Notes: generated by a model from the letters alone, not told the origin. Counted from the first letter of the stretch, positions 21,897 through 32,746 are shown. The stretch is 64,000 bases of DNA from Nitrospirota bacterium (GCA_040758355.1 JBFLWF010000011.1:16041-80040); one strand, 5' to 3'. Numbers and translations: made by a program.

Positions 21897-22853
21897 TCAA
21901 TCTTTGTCTTTAAGAAAGTCGGTGATTGCATCCACAAGGTCCTCGGCGCTAAGATCCCGGAAAAAATGGTCTGCCATCTCAACTACTACGAGCTGAATCT
22001 TTTTGCCATCAGCCTTCGGCGATATCTTTTTTTCCAAGTCCGGGACTATGTTATCCTTCCCTGCTGCAATAACGAGCACCGGCTTTTTAATCGACGGAAG
22101 CAGAAAGGGTGTATCCATCTTCTTATCGTGTGCATAGTAACTGGCAAAGGCCTCTGCTGTAACCGACGCATTCTCGCAGTACAGAAAATCGGTATGAGTC
22201 AGCATGGTGCCGCCTTTTCCTGCATCGACTAAATCACCCGCTTTTTTCAATATGGGTTGAAGTTCTTTTTTGTATCGCTGCCTGTAATTTATGGATAAGC
22301 CATCTTCGTCCCATGTCTGCGGGGCAATAAGTATCACTCCCTTGATTGCCGGGTCATCCTGTTCGGATGCAAACCGTGCAATCTGATTGCCTCCCCGTGA
22401 GTGTCCCATGAGTATCACCTTTTTTACGCCCTTCTTTTTTAACCAATGAAGCCAGGCCCCGATCTCTGCTACGGCATCTTCATGTTTATGAGTATGAGGT
22501 ACTGCACAGTCATACATGCCGTGGCGGTTGTCGATACCCAGGCTGAGATTTATTGCAATGGTATTCCACCCCTTTCCTTTAATCAACTGCTGGAGGGTGG
22601 AAACAATTTCCATGCCATTGTGAGCCAATGTGCCGTGGGTAATAAGAATCACGCCATCTGTGATGGACTTATCCTGTGCTTGCTCCAGATTGGCATTAAG
22701 AGTAATACCCCTGAACTGGATAGAAACCTCTTCTGCCTGAACAGCTTCGGACAGCCAGAATAGACAAAATATTACAATTATGCCTCTAACGATTAGGGCA
22801 AAACCAACGATATCCCTCATCCTTTCTCCTGTCATTTTTTCCTGCATTGACAC
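21897..22853 (-). CDS. Exported alpha/beta hydrolase-fold protein
   Basis: HGTL, GHSRGG nucleophile elbow, ADHFF; signal peptide. Confidence 0.85.
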   Translation of the reverse strand: MSMQEKMTGERMRDIVGFALIVRGIIVIFCLFWLSEAVQAEEVSIQFRGITLNANLEQAQDKSITDGVILITHGTLAHNGMEIVSTLQQLIKGKGWNTIAINLSLGIDNRHGMYDCAVPHTHKHEDAVAEIGAWLHWLKKKGVKKVILMGHSRGGNQIARFASEQDDPAIKGVILIAPQTWDEDGLSINYRQRYKKELQPILKKAGDLVDAGKGGTMLTHTDFLYCENASVTAEAFASYYAHDKKMDTPFLLPSIKKPVLVIAAGKDNIVPDLEKKISPKADGKKIQLVVVEMADHFFRDLSAEDLVDAITDFLKDKD

Positions 22854-22854
22854 C

Positions 22855-23565
22855 TCAGAACTTTATCCCAAAATCAGGGAAGATTGCTGACAGTCTCCCC
22901 ATGCTGTTCGTTAAGAGCATAATGCCAAAGATTATCAGAATCAGACCGCTCAGTATCATAATCGCCTTCATGAACTTATGGAGCTTCTTTGTATAGGTGA
23001 AAAAGGCATTCATGGCCAGGGTTGCAAGGATAAAGGGTATAGCAAGACCCAGAGAATATACTGAGAGCAGTTTTAATCCGTAAGAGGCAGATGCCTTGGT
23101 ACCTGCATAGATTAAAATTGTTCCAAGAATCGGACCGATGCACGGGGTCCATCCAGCAGCAAAGCTCATTCCGATAAGGAAAGACCCCAGATAGCCTACC
23201 GGGCCTTTACTCACATGAAACCTCTTTTCCCTCATAAGGAAATCAAGTTTTATAAAACCTGCTATGAAAAGGCCGAATACTATCGTCATGATTCCGCCGC
23301 CGATCCTCAAATAGTCCTGATATTCAAGGAGCAGATTTCCCAACAGTGAAGATGATGCGCCCAGTGATACGAAGATAGTTGAAAAGCCAAAAACAAAGGC
23401 GATTGTGCTGCCCATGGTTCTGGATATGCGGGGAGAATGTCTGAGTTCATCCAAGGATAGGCCTGTTATGAAAGAAACATAGGCAGGGACAAGGGGCAAG
23501 ACGCATGGAGAGAGGAATGAGAGAAACCCTGCAAAAAACGCCAGCTGAAAGGACATGTCTTTCAT
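22855..23565 (-). CDS. ccdA: CcdA/SoxV-type membrane thiol-disulfide electron transporter
   Basis: SFLSPCVLPL and GWTPCIGP. Confidence 0.93.
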   Translation of the reverse strand: MKDMSFQLAFFAGFLSFLSPCVLPLVPAYVSFITGLSLDELRHSPRISRTMGSTIAFVFGFSTIFVSLGASSSLLGNLLLEYQDYLRIGGGIMTIVFGLFIAGFIKLDFLMREKRFHVSKGPVGYLGSFLIGMSFAAGWTPCIGPILGTILIYAGTKASASYGLKLLSVYSLGLAIPFILATLAMNAFFTYTKKLHKFMKAIMILSGLILIIFGIMLLTNSMGRLSAIFPDFGIKF

Positions 23566-24089
23566 CTCTGAGTCCTTTCTTTTAATCTTTGCTGTTTATA
23601 TTTCACAAAGGGCATGTCCTTGTGTATGCCCTTTACAACATATTCACCAAGCCACAGAAACTCCTCGGCAGTCTGGGTGGCACCGAAGTAGCGTGTTATC
23701 TCACTGCCGTTAAGGTCATAGAAGACAAATGTGGGAGTGGCACGGACATGACTATTCTTTGCGAATTTTTTCTGGGGCATTGTCTTTCCCTTAAAATCTG
23801 TTATCTCCACATCGCCCTGCATATCCACAGAAAATATGAGAAAATGTTTCTTGTAAAATTTCTGGACTTCTGGCTGGGTGAATATCTTTTCTTTCATCCA
23901 GTGGCAGAAAGGGCAGTCATCCATTTCAAAAAATAGAATAATGCCTTTCTTGCCCTGTTTCTGCGCAGTCTGTATTTCTTCAGGGAAGTCCCCGAGGGTC
24001 ATATCAAGAAATTCGGCAGCAGCGCCTGATACGCCTGTCAGCAATAACATCACTAAAAGAAAGATGCAAATAGTGCCGGACATCCTCAT
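23562..24089 (-). CDS. soxW: SoxW-like periplasmic thioredoxin
   Basis: CPFC, RATPT, signal peptide; translationally coupled to ccdA. Confidence 0.8.
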   Translation of the reverse strand: MRMSGTICIFLLVMLLLTGVSGAAAEFLDMTLGDFPEEIQTAQKQGKKGIILFFEMDDCPFCHWMKEKIFTQPEVQKFYKKHFLIFSVDMQGDVEITDFKGKTMPQKKFAKNSHVRATPTFVFYDLNGSEITRYFGATQTAEEFLWLGEYVVKGIHKDMPFVKYKQQRLKERTQR

Positions 24090-24141
24090 CGTTCCACCTC
24101 CCCTATCAAATAGAGCCAGTTTAATTTACATCATAACTTCT

Positions 24142-24639
24142 TTACTTTTTAAACATACCTATGACATCGTTGACGAGTTCATCGAGCAACTTCTCCACAG
24201 GTTCAAGGACATCTTTACCTCTGTCATCTTTCCAGATGAGATGTCTGTAAGAGAGATATACCTTCTTCTCATCATCTGGAAGTGTATAGACCATTATCTG
24301 GTAGGGGCAGAATGCAAGAAAGTGAGGATTCTTCTCCATCATATCCCTTGAGATAACAGCGCTGCAGAATTCAAGGACATTTGCCCTGCCGAATATCTTC
24401 CTTGTCCTGCCAAGTTCCTTGCCAGTACGTTCGAGCATCTCGCCCACGTGGGAAACGCTGGATACGGTCAGACCCCTCTCATTTAAGGCCATCTCCAAAC
24501 CCTTCCAGACCTCATCATAATCGGCATGTACCGTGTAAATAACAACAGGCTCTTTACACCTGCCATCTTCGGCAAAGACATGCCCGCCAACAGACAGTAT
24601 CGAAAATATAGCAAAAAGGAAAAGGTATCGATTTAGCAT
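24142..24639 (-). CDS. DUF302 family exported protein
   Basis: LEFCSA and AFCPYQI motifs; signal peptide. Confidence 0.8.
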   Translation of the reverse strand: MLNRYLFLFAIFSILSVGGHVFAEDGRCKEPVVIYTVHADYDEVWKGLEMALNERGLTVSSVSHVGEMLERTGKELGRTRKIFGRANVLEFCSAVISRDMMEKNPHFLAFCPYQIMVYTLPDDEKKVYLSYRHLIWKDDRGKDVLEPVEKLLDELVNDVIGMFKK

Positions 24640-24670
24640 GTTTCAAGTATACCAAAACTATATTGACTAT

Positions 24671-25576
24671 TTATTTTTTTCCAGCGCTTTCATCAATTAT
24701 AGGCAAACTCTGGTCGCTGGACCATTCATCTATTCCGCCCCAGTAAATGCGCACATTATACCCGAGACTCTTCATCGCTGAAAATAAAAATGCTGCCTTA
24801 GGTCCCCAGTTGCAATAGGTTATAGTCTCTTTGTCCTTTGTAACGCCCTTTTTATTGAGTATGCCGGCAACCTCCTTAGGTGATTTGAAGGTCTCTTTCG
24901 GGTCCTGAAGGTCATGCCACTCAAGGAGTTTTGCACCCGGGATATGGCCCATGCTCGATTCTCCGGTATATTCATCCGGCAGCCTTGCGTCTAAAATATT
25001 GATGTCCCTTTTTAAGTTCTTTAAAAGCCAGTCGGCAGTAACCACGAGTTCGTTCCTCGGATTTGCCTTAAAGACAGATGGTTTTATAACCGGGGCATCT
25101 GCAGTTAATGGGCGTCTCTCTTCTTCCCACCGTTTTTTGCCTCCTGAAAGTATCTGAGCCCTGTTATGCCCGTATACCGTAAATACCGTCCATGCAAGGC
25201 CTGCCCCCTTATCCAGTTCCGTGCCGCTGTCATAAATAATTACCCTCGAATCATTGCTTATGCCGATGCTGCCCAGAATCTCTTCTACCTTTTCAGGCCG
25301 CAGCGCCAGGCCGGTTTGCCTCTGATATTCTTTGTCTATGGACATTTTTATCTTGCTGATAGGAAGGACCACGGCACCCGGGATATGTGATTTCTTGTAA
25401 ATATCTGCCTCGGTGGCCTCGACTATTACAACACCGGGCTTCCCCATTATTTTTGAAAGTTCGGAGGGCTTTATCAGGACATCCAGACTTTCAGCCTTTC
25501 CCGGCGTACCTTGAATAAACAAAATGGCTAATAAAAGATATATTGCAGATACAAAACCTTTCCCGATCGATCTCAT
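24671..25576 (-). CDS. Exported tandem-domain rhodanese/sulfurtransferase
   Basis: HIPGA twice, LDAR..EY, active-site loop YCNWGPKA; GGAGG ribosome-binding site before the ATG at 25576. Confidence 0.9.
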   Translation of the reverse strand: MRSIGKGFVSAIYLLLAILFIQGTPGKAESLDVLIKPSELSKIMGKPGVVIVEATEADIYKKSHIPGAVVLPISKIKMSIDKEYQRQTGLALRPEKVEEILGSIGISNDSRVIIYDSGTELDKGAGLAWTVFTVYGHNRAQILSGGKKRWEEERRPLTADAPVIKPSVFKANPRNELVVTADWLLKNLKRDINILDARLPDEYTGESSMGHIPGAKLLEWHDLQDPKETFKSPKEVAGILNKKGVTKDKETITYCNWGPKAAFLFSAMKSLGYNVRIYWGGIDEWSSDQSLPIIDESAGKK

Positions 25577-25634
25577 TCTTGCCTCCATTGAATTTTATTC
25601 GCACCTATGGCGTTCGGCATAGCTCATTTTTATT

Positions 25635-25651
25635 AGCATAATCTATGCCAA
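25635..25651 (-). promoter_or_regulatory. Sigma-54 -24/-12 promoter for the rhodanese-soxW-ccdA block
   Basis: Minus strand reads TTGGCATAGATTATGCT (GG-N10-GC). Confidence 0.8.
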
Positions 25652-25691
25652 AAAGGGATTCAGGAATTATAAAGATTCTTTAAGACACAGA

Positions 25692-25740
25692 TGTTCAAAG
25701 AAGAACGGGAAGGCAGGTTGCAATTGTTCCTTTATGAACA
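25692..25740. promoter_or_regulatory. Paired putative enhancer-binding-protein sites
   Basis: TGTTC-aaagaa-GAACG (25692-25707) and TGTTC-ctttat-GAACA (25725-25740). Confidence 0.7.
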
Positions 25741-25750
25741 GGATGGCTTT

Positions 25751-27088
25751 TTAAAGGAGCTTATATTTTACCATTCTTAATCTGAGCTGTCTCCTCGTAA
25801 TCCCGAGGCGGGCTGCTGCCTTTGTCTGGTTCCAGTTCTCTGCCTCAAGGGTCTTTAAAACTACTGCACGTTCGAGTTCATCGAGTTTGAGGCCTGACAG
25901 GTCGGCTATACCTTTTGAGACGGCATTTCCTGAACCTTTATTGATGATCTTATTCGGAAGGTCATCGAGGGCAATGGTCTCCTGTTTGGTCAATACAATT
26001 GCCCTCTCTATAATATTCTCGAGCTCCCTTATATTCCCTGGCCAGTCATAACTCAAAAGTGCGTCCATTGCCATCTGATCAATCCCCTTTATGAATTTCT
26101 GGTTCTCAAGGGCATATTTTTTTATAAAGTGGTCAGCGAGCAAGGGAATGTCCTCTTTTCGTTCCCTCAAAGGAGGCATATGTATGGATATTACATTAAG
26201 GCGGTAGTAAAGGTCCTCCCTGAACCCTCCTGTCTCGATCTCCTTTTCGAGATTTCTGTTTGTTGCTGCAATTATCCTGCAATCGGCTTTTATCGGCTTG
26301 TTCCCCCCTACCCTGTAGAATTCTTTTTCCTGTATAAACCTCAGTAGTTTCACCTGCATGGATAAGGGCATCTCTCCTATCTCATCAAGAAAAAGTGTAC
26401 CTCTGTTAACCATTTCTACCTTGCCCGCCTCTTTTGACACTGCACCGGTATATGCACCTGCCTCGTGTCCGAAAAGTTCATTCTCGATGAGATCCTTGGG
26501 TATTGCAGCACAGTTTATTGCCACGAAGGGGAATTCCCTTCTCTGTGATGCGCTATGAACGGCCTTTGCCACAAGCTCCTTGCCTGTCCCTGACTCTCCT
26601 GTTATGAGTATATTTGCACGGCTGCTGCTGACAACATCAATGGTAGATAAAACATCCTGAATTGCCCTGCTGTTGCCGATTATACCGTATTGTTCCTGTT
26701 GATACACTGCTTGACTTTTTACCGATACATGGCTGTGAATCAATGCATGTTTGATTATGGCAAGCATCTCGTCATGCTCTATGGGCTTTGTGAGATAATT
26801 GGCAGCGCCTATCTTCATTGCCTCCACTGCATTTTCTATGCTGCCATAGGCTGTGATCACTATGACAGGGAGTTCGGGATCCTTCTCCTTTACATGCCTT
26901 AAAAGGTCAAGCCCTGACCTGCCTGGAAGCCTCATATCCGTAATGACCAGATCATAGGGGTCAGCAAGTCTTGAAACGGCTTCCTCGTAACTCCTTGCTG
27001 TCTCAACATGAAAACCTTCCTGCTTCAGAAATTTATTGAGCACAAGGAGTATATTTCTCTCATCGTCCACTACCAGTATTCTTTCCAT
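25751..27088 (-). CDS. Sigma-54-dependent response regulator (NtrC/AtoC family)
   Basis: Receiver domain, GESGTGKE, ENELFGHEAGAYTGA, WPGNIREL, Fis-type HTH. Confidence 0.95.
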   Translation of the reverse strand: MERILVVDDERNILLVLNKFLKQEGFHVETARSYEEAVSRLADPYDLVITDMRLPGRSGLDLLRHVKEKDPELPVIVITAYGSIENAVEAMKIGAANYLTKPIEHDEMLAIIKHALIHSHVSVKSQAVYQQEQYGIIGNSRAIQDVLSTIDVVSSSRANILITGESGTGKELVAKAVHSASQRREFPFVAINCAAIPKDLIENELFGHEAGAYTGAVSKEAGKVEMVNRGTLFLDEIGEMPLSMQVKLLRFIQEKEFYRVGGNKPIKADCRIIAATNRNLEKEIETGGFREDLYYRLNVISIHMPPLRERKEDIPLLADHFIKKYALENQKFIKGIDQMAMDALLSYDWPGNIRELENIIERAIVLTKQETIALDDLPNKIINKGSGNAVSKGIADLSGLKLDELERAVVLKTLEAENWNQTKAAARLGITRRQLRLRMVKYKLL

Positions 27089-27104
27089 GGCTATCCTGCC
27101 GAGG

Positions 27105-27131
27105 CGTAAGGGGGACTTCGTCCCCCTTACG
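27105..27131. repeat. Perfect intergenic hairpin (REP-like)
   Basis: CGTAAGGGGGAC-TTC-GTCCCCCTTACG between the kinase and regulator genes. Confidence 0.6.
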
Positions 27132-27139
27132 AAAACCCC

Positions 27140-28645
27140 CTATTTTGTTCCTGTCACCCCCTCCATAGTTAAAGATTCTAATTTAAGCTCGCCTGTGTCC
27201 ACGATATGTCTATCTCCCATCGGGAGTTTTATAACAAAGTGCGCTCCCTTTCCGGATGGAAGCAATTTTATATCACCATGATGGGCTAATATTATCTTAT
27301 AAACAGTGGCAAGGCCGAGGCCGGTGCCGTCAGCCCTTGTTGTAAAGAATGGTTGGAAGATCTTCTGGGCGATTTCCTTCGGCACGCCGGGACCCGTGTC
27401 CTTTACATAAATCTCCAGCCACTCATCCGATACCTTATATTCCACTGTTATGGCCCCATCCTTTTTCATTGCCTGGATTGCGTTCATAAGGAGGTTTATA
27501 AACACCTGCTTCAGGAGGGTGGGATCACCCGTAACCCTTGGAATTTTGTCCCCCTCCTTTTTAATCACTCTAACATTAGACTCTTCGAGATCAGGCTCGA
27601 GCAAATCAATAACCCTGTCTACAACATCGCCCACATCACAATGCACAAAGGCGGGCGAAGGCATCTTTGCAAACCTGAAAAATTCATCAGCCATCATGGT
27701 CATTCCGATGGTTTCGTCTTTGATAATAGCTATATACTCACGCACTTCTGCTATATCGCCGGATCGCTCGATTCCCGATATCGCGCCACGAATGGAATAC
27801 AGGCTGTTCCTTAATTCATGGGCTATCTGTGCTGACATTTCTCCTACTGTTGCCATACATGTAAGCATCTCCCTTTCCTCCGACATCCTCTTGAATTCAG
27901 ATAGATGCCTCTTGAGATTCTCTATCATATTATAAAAGGCGTGCCTCAACTGGACTGTCTCATCCCTGTCCGACGGATCATACAGTTTGATATGCCTTAA
28001 CCCAATCTCTTTTTCAAATGCCTCTATCTCCTTTGAAAGAGATGTTATTGGCCGCGTCATTATCATTGAAACAATAAATGAACCGCCGATGCCGACAGCA
28101 AATATGATCAATGAAAGATACATGAGCTGAATTATTGTCTTTTTGAATTCCTTATTGAGAGCTGCATCTTCAGCCTCGAGGTCAAAGTCAATCTCAAGGC
28201 CGCCAAGGATATCCCTTTCTATCTCGATAGGCAGAAATATCTGGCCTTCGGGGTTCTCATTCCGCTTGCCATTGATAAAATCATCCAGCTTTTTCGATAT
28301 GGCATCGTTCAGATGACCTAATCTTTTTAAGCTGTCGGAGGCTATGACTATTCCCTGTTTATCTATAATATTTATGCCTTTTGCCTGGCCTGAAGATTTC
28401 AACTGCCGGATCTGCTCCATCAAAAAGCCAAAATCTTGTGATATCATGGCATCAGATGCATTGATTGCCAGTTTTTCAGCAACGCTTTTGTGGAACTGCT
28501 GCCGCTGGATATTGAGATTCCTTTTGGATGAAGAAAGAACCACTATGCTCACAGAGACATAGATTATCACTATCAACAGCATCACATAGAGGATGCCCTT
28601 GCTTTTTATGCTCGTCCGCTTATTTAGATCCTTCAAAGCCTTCAT
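27140..28645 (-). CDS. NtrB-type membrane sensor histidine kinase
   Basis: Two transmembrane helices, [26 protein letters not shown]. Confidence 0.92.
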   Translation of the reverse strand: MKALKDLNKRTSIKSKGILYVMLLIVIIYVSVSIVVLSSSKRNLNIQRQQFHKSVAEKLAINASDAMISQDFGFLMEQIRQLKSSGQAKGINIIDKQGIVIASDSLKRLGHLNDAISKKLDDFINGKRNENPEGQIFLPIEIERDILGGLEIDFDLEAEDAALNKEFKKTIIQLMYLSLIIFAVGIGGSFIVSMIMTRPITSLSKEIEAFEKEIGLRHIKLYDPSDRDETVQLRHAFYNMIENLKRHLSEFKRMSEEREMLTCMATVGEMSAQIAHELRNSLYSIRGAISGIERSGDIAEVREYIAIIKDETIGMTMMADEFFRFAKMPSPAFVHCDVGDVVDRVIDLLEPDLEESNVRVIKKEGDKIPRVTGDPTLLKQVFINLLMNAIQAMKKDGAITVEYKVSDEWLEIYVKDTGPGVPKEIAQKIFQPFFTTRADGTGLGLATVYKIILAHHGDIKLLPSGKGAHFVIKLPMGDRHIVDTGELKLESLTMEGVTGTK

Positions 28646-28664
28646 ATTTACAATAAAATTCCGA

Positions 28665-30320
28665 TCATTCTTCCATTATCCTGAATGCCTTTATTCCTGT
28701 CTGTTTCTGCAGTTCCATGGTCTGCCTTTTAGAGTACTGGACGAGGTGTCTTTTTGCATTATCTACAAACCTCCTGTCCATGTCCTTTCTTGCACTCAAG
28801 ACCCATCCATGAAGGGGGGGAGTTTTAGCAAGTATCACGATGCGGCTCGTGTCTATATCATCCTGCATGGACTTCAAAGACGATAGGCTCACAAACCCTG
28901 CATCAACCGAGCCTCTATAGACCTGCATAATTACATTCTCATAAGTCTTCAGCTCCACAAACTTTATTCCATTCATTGGCACTCCGCTGGCAGTTAATAA
29001 ATTCTTCTGAGAAATATAGCCTCCGTCTGAATGCAGGGATGTTATACCAATCCTCCTGTCAGCCAGATCTTTAATTGTCCTGATATTACTTACCGAGTGG
29101 GCAATAATCACTCCAACATTATCCTCGGAATTGCCTGCCTCGACAATGGCAGCAATCCCTTTTGCTCTGCCCGTCTTTTTCGTTTCCATGTATAGATGGT
29201 AATTCTGGAGGAAGATATCACCCTCCCCTTTATTCATTATTTTTATAAATGCCTCCGCATTCTCGGGGATAATAAGCTGAAACTTACTTCCTGTCATCCT
29301 CGCAAGATACTCTATCAAGGGGTTTAGCTGTATAAAGACATCGGGACCAAAGGAGACAGGCTCTACAACGAACCTTTTACCGCCATGCTGTCTCAAGATT
29401 ATGCCCTCCTTTTCTCCAGGGACGCTGCTCATCAAAACCCTCACTATGTCATAGTCGCTGTCCTTTGTCTCTGAAAAGCCATCAACTCCTGCTCCAATAC
29501 TGCCGATGATATCCTTTTTGTTTTTCAGGCTGTTTACAGAAAGCATTGCATTTTTGAGATCATGTATAAGGCCTTTGCCAATGGCTGCCCTTGCAACAAA
29601 GAGATACTGGGGAATGGAATAGGAATACTTCACTATTCTGAGACCGCTGTTCAAGTATGGTTTTGCTGTCATCTCAGGCACCCCGGTGGCATCGAACATC
29701 CGTGCCATTACAGCAGTCAGGGAACTCTCATCCGAACCTAACTTCACAACCTCGAGAAAATCTTTATCAGAAATCCCTACCCTCTGAAGCATTATTTTTG
29801 GCAAAAGGCCTGAACCAGGGCATTTATATCTGCCATATGCAAGTGTCTTATCTAAGAGATCAGCAGTCTTTTTAACAGAAGAATCATCACGAACAACCAG
29901 AACGCTTCTTTCCTCTGTAGAACCATTTATGCTGAGCTTTACAAGGGGCACAATTGATGTTTTGCTGTATGCCTCGCAGTAAATGGTTGGGCAGAGGAAT
30001 GCTATATCCGCATCGCCCTTTTCAAGATGTTTAGGCATATCAGCCGTCTCCCTCGCCACCCTGATTTTGATGGATATGTTCAGCTTATCCTCAAGGTATC
30101 TCTTCAATGGAAGGAAATTTTTATACATGGTTGATGGGGACTGAAGGGGGATGAGCATCATGGTTATCTGCTGTCTGGAGAAGGCAGGGGAACTGCAAAA
30201 GAGGATAAGGGCAGTTACCAAGATAATCCTTTTTAAAACAGTGGAATGGAAGAAAAACTTCATATTTAAATTATATAAAAATGGTGTTCTGGATGTAAAC
30301 AAATACATCCAGAACACCAA
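28665..30320 (-). CDS. Tandem-domain PhnD-like periplasmic binding protein
   Basis: Two phosphonate-binding-type repeats (PL..YL, TADL/IKDL, V..G..DAG) and a signal peptide; the true start may be 30263. Confidence 0.8.
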   Translation of the reverse strand: MVFWMYLFTSRTPFLYNLNMKFFFHSTVLKRIILVTALILFCSSPAFSRQQITMMLIPLQSPSTMYKNFLPLKRYLEDKLNISIKIRVARETADMPKHLEKGDADIAFLCPTIYCEAYSKTSIVPLVKLSINGSTEERSVLVVRDDSSVKKTADLLDKTLAYGRYKCPGSGLLPKIMLQRVGISDKDFLEVVKLGSDESSLTAVMARMFDATGVPEMTAKPYLNSGLRIVKYSYSIPQYLFVARAAIGKGLIHDLKNAMLSVNSLKNKKDIIGSIGAGVDGFSETKDSDYDIVRVLMSSVPGEKEGIILRQHGGKRFVVEPVSFGPDVFIQLNPLIEYLARMTGSKFQLIIPENAEAFIKIMNKGEGDIFLQNYHLYMETKKTGRAKGIAAIVEAGNSEDNVGVIIAHSVSNIRTIKDLADRRIGITSLHSDGGYISQKNLLTASGVPMNGIKFVELKTYENVIMQVYRGSVDAGFVSLSSLKSMQDDIDTSRIVILAKTPPLHGWVLSARKDMDRRFVDNAKRHLVQYSKRQTMELQKQTGIKAFRIMEE

Positions 30321-30329
30321 GGGGAGGGG

Positions 30330-31991
30330 TCAGATTACCATCTTTGGCCTTTCAGACTTTATCTTTATGGTCTTCTTCTTCTTGATGTAATTGATGACAA
30401 CATCATAAACCGGTGGGCCCGGCTGTTCTTCCATTGACGCCCATCCTGCCATTGTGTATTCCTTATCGGGATGGACATCTTTCCCGCGAACCTTCAAATC
30501 CTGTATCCTGTTACCCATCTTCTCATTCACCTTAATAACAAAACTCATGCCCGCTGTCCTGACCATATCTCCACCCTGCTGTTTATAAGGGTCGTGATGG
30601 AAGATGTTATCAGCTATGTCTTCCATCACCTCTTTCAGGAAGCTGCCTTTCATCTTTGTCTTGTATGTGTTTGCATAGGTGATGGCTGTCTGGGAATAAA
30701 CATCGTCCGCTGTAATCGGGCCCGGAAGAATTGTCCTTCCCCACCTGAACCCGGCGGAAAGGGCAAACTCTGCATCATAATGGTCGATCATTGCCTCACA
30801 GATGAGGTCATCAAAGGTTCCGTCCAGATTGCCCCTGCGGTAAAGGATATCCTCTGTATGTCCCAATACCTCATCAAGCTTTGCCTTGTGGGGCTTTCTT
30901 ATGTCCTCTACGAGCTTTGACATTTCAGGATCCGGGTCTATCATCTCGGACATCACGGGTATGAGTCTGAAGGAGTAATCAACCATCCTTTTATTCTTCA
31001 CTTCGATGTCCATCCTTGAGAGGAACTTCCCATAACAACCCGTGTTTACCACAAGGGTCTTGCCAACAACTATTGGCTTGGGTATTCCATCATGGGTATG
31101 TCCGCCAAAGATTACATCGATGCCCTTAACCCTGCTCGCCATCTTTTTGTCCACATCACAGCCATTATGGGAAAGAACGATAACAAGGTCAACATTCTTT
31201 GCCCTCACCTCATCCACGATCTTCTGCATGTTTTCGTCTTTGATCCCAAATGACCAATTTGGTATGAATCTCCTCGGATTGGCTATTGGCGTATAGGGAA
31301 ATGCCTGGCCTATTACTGCAACAGCAAGACCATTGACTGTTTTTATCTCGTAGGGCTTGAATATGGGGTCTCCCCATGTAGATTCGTGGACATTCTGGGC
31401 AACAAATGGGAAGTTCATCATCTTTATTAGCTCGAGAACGCGCTCCTCAGGATAGGTGAATTCCCAGTGGCCAGTCATGACATCACAGCCAAAAAGATTC
31501 AGAACCCGCACCATGTCTTCTCCGCGGCTCCAGAGGCTCGTTGCAGATCCCTGAAGTGTATCACCGCCATCTATACACAGCACCTTTCCGTGCCTTTCAG
31601 CCTTTACCCTTTTAATCATGGTGGCAATATGGGCCACACCACCCACCTTTCCGTACTTCTTTGCGAGGGCTGAGAAGTTGTCACTGGTGTACGCATAAGC
31701 CTCAAGGGTATCAGGCTTATAGCCATAATATTTCAGAAGCTCCCTACCGGTAAGGTGTGGCGGCTTGCCCTTATTTTCACCCACTCCTATATTTGTATCA
31801 GGCTCCCTGTAATACATGGGGACAAGCTGTGCATGTATGTCTGTGGTGTGTAATATCGTGATATTCCCCTTTGCATCAAATTTGAACAGATTTTCCGGCC
31901 TTAAACTCTTTGCGAGGGCTGCCGGTGATACAGCAGCGGTTCCTGCAGTGAGTGCTGCCATCCAGAGAAATTCTCTTCGTGTAATAGCCAT
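30330..31991 (-). CDS. soxB: Thiosulfohydrolase SoxB
   Basis: Tat TRREFL; HTTDIHAQL.P.YYREP, DGGDTLQGS, GHWEFT, GGHTHD, LYRRGN, PYKQQGGDMVR. Confidence 0.96.
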   Translation of the reverse strand: MAITRREFLWMAALTAGTAAVSPAALAKSLRPENLFKFDAKGNITILHTTDIHAQLVPMYYREPDTNIGVGENKGKPPHLTGRELLKYYGYKPDTLEAYAYTSDNFSALAKKYGKVGGVAHIATMIKRVKAERHGKVLCIDGGDTLQGSATSLWSRGEDMVRVLNLFGCDVMTGHWEFTYPEERVLELIKMMNFPFVAQNVHESTWGDPIFKPYEIKTVNGLAVAVIGQAFPYTPIANPRRFIPNWSFGIKDENMQKIVDEVRAKNVDLVIVLSHNGCDVDKKMASRVKGIDVIFGGHTHDGIPKPIVVGKTLVVNTGCYGKFLSRMDIEVKNKRMVDYSFRLIPVMSEMIDPDPEMSKLVEDIRKPHKAKLDEVLGHTEDILYRRGNLDGTFDDLICEAMIDHYDAEFALSAGFRWGRTILPGPITADDVYSQTAITYANTYKTKMKGSFLKEVMEDIADNIFHHDPYKQQGGDMVRTAGMSFVIKVNEKMGNRIQDLKVRGKDVHPDKEYTMAGWASMEEQPGPPVYDVVINYIKKKKTIKIKSERPKMVI

Positions 31992-32000
31992 TTTCTCCTC

Positions 32001-32714
32001 CTATGAATGAACCTTTGCTCCCATGCAAATTTGATCTTCTGCGTCATCTTCACTATCTTCAAATTTAAAATTCGTGACTTTTTGAGGCGATACATCGAGG
32101 TATCTGCATTCCGCATTAATCCAGCATCTCAGAAACTGGCTGATGGAACTGTAAAATAAACTTCCCTCTGATTTTAGGGCATCTGAGAATGCATCGACCC
32201 ATCTGCCAAGGTGGTCCTGTAAGAATTTCCTCTCAACAGATATGCAGATCTCGACATTATTGCCCTCACCTTTAGATGCTGCCTCTGCTTCCTTAAGTGT
32301 GACAAGGTGCATAAACTCAAGCTCTGCTGCTATATGGTCAGGCCTCTCATTTGTGAAATTCATTCCGAATGCCTTGTAAAACCCTGCAATGTCAGCCATT
32401 TCTTCTGTCGTATAAACAGACAGCCTGGACCTGTAGTACTCGTTCTCGTAAGGAGGACATCCGCTTTTAAGGGTCAAAAATCTAATGTGTTCATCCGCCA
32501 TTTTATCCACATCAAAGGTTTCTGCCTCTTTAAGGTCTTTTAAAGACGCCTCTATCTCTGTCTTTAAGGGATATCTTTCAATCGCCTCCTTTATCTCGTT
32601 TACGAATTCACCGCTCCTTAAAAATCCTCCAAACTCTTCATCCGGATAAAAAAAGCAGTAACTGAGAAGCCTGTACGTCTTTGACCTTTGAAAGGCTACA
32701 TTTGCATTGCTCAT
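32001..32714 (-). CDS. TorD/NarJ/DdhD-type molybdoenzyme maturation chaperone
   Basis: PPYE..Y, ADIAGFYKAFG, ERPDHIAAELEFM, FLQDHLGRW. Confidence 0.9.
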   Translation of the reverse strand: MSNANVAFQRSKTYRLLSYCFFYPDEEFGGFLRSGEFVNEIKEAIERYPLKTEIEASLKDLKEAETFDVDKMADEHIRFLTLKSGCPPYENEYYRSRLSVYTTEEMADIAGFYKAFGMNFTNERPDHIAAELEFMHLVTLKEAEAASKGEGNNVEICISVERKFLQDHLGRWVDAFSDALKSEGSLFYSSISQFLRCWINAECRYLDVSPQKVTNFKFEDSEDDAEDQICMGAKVHS

Positions 32715-32746
32715 TTTTTACTCCTTCTGTTTTTTATCTGCATCCT

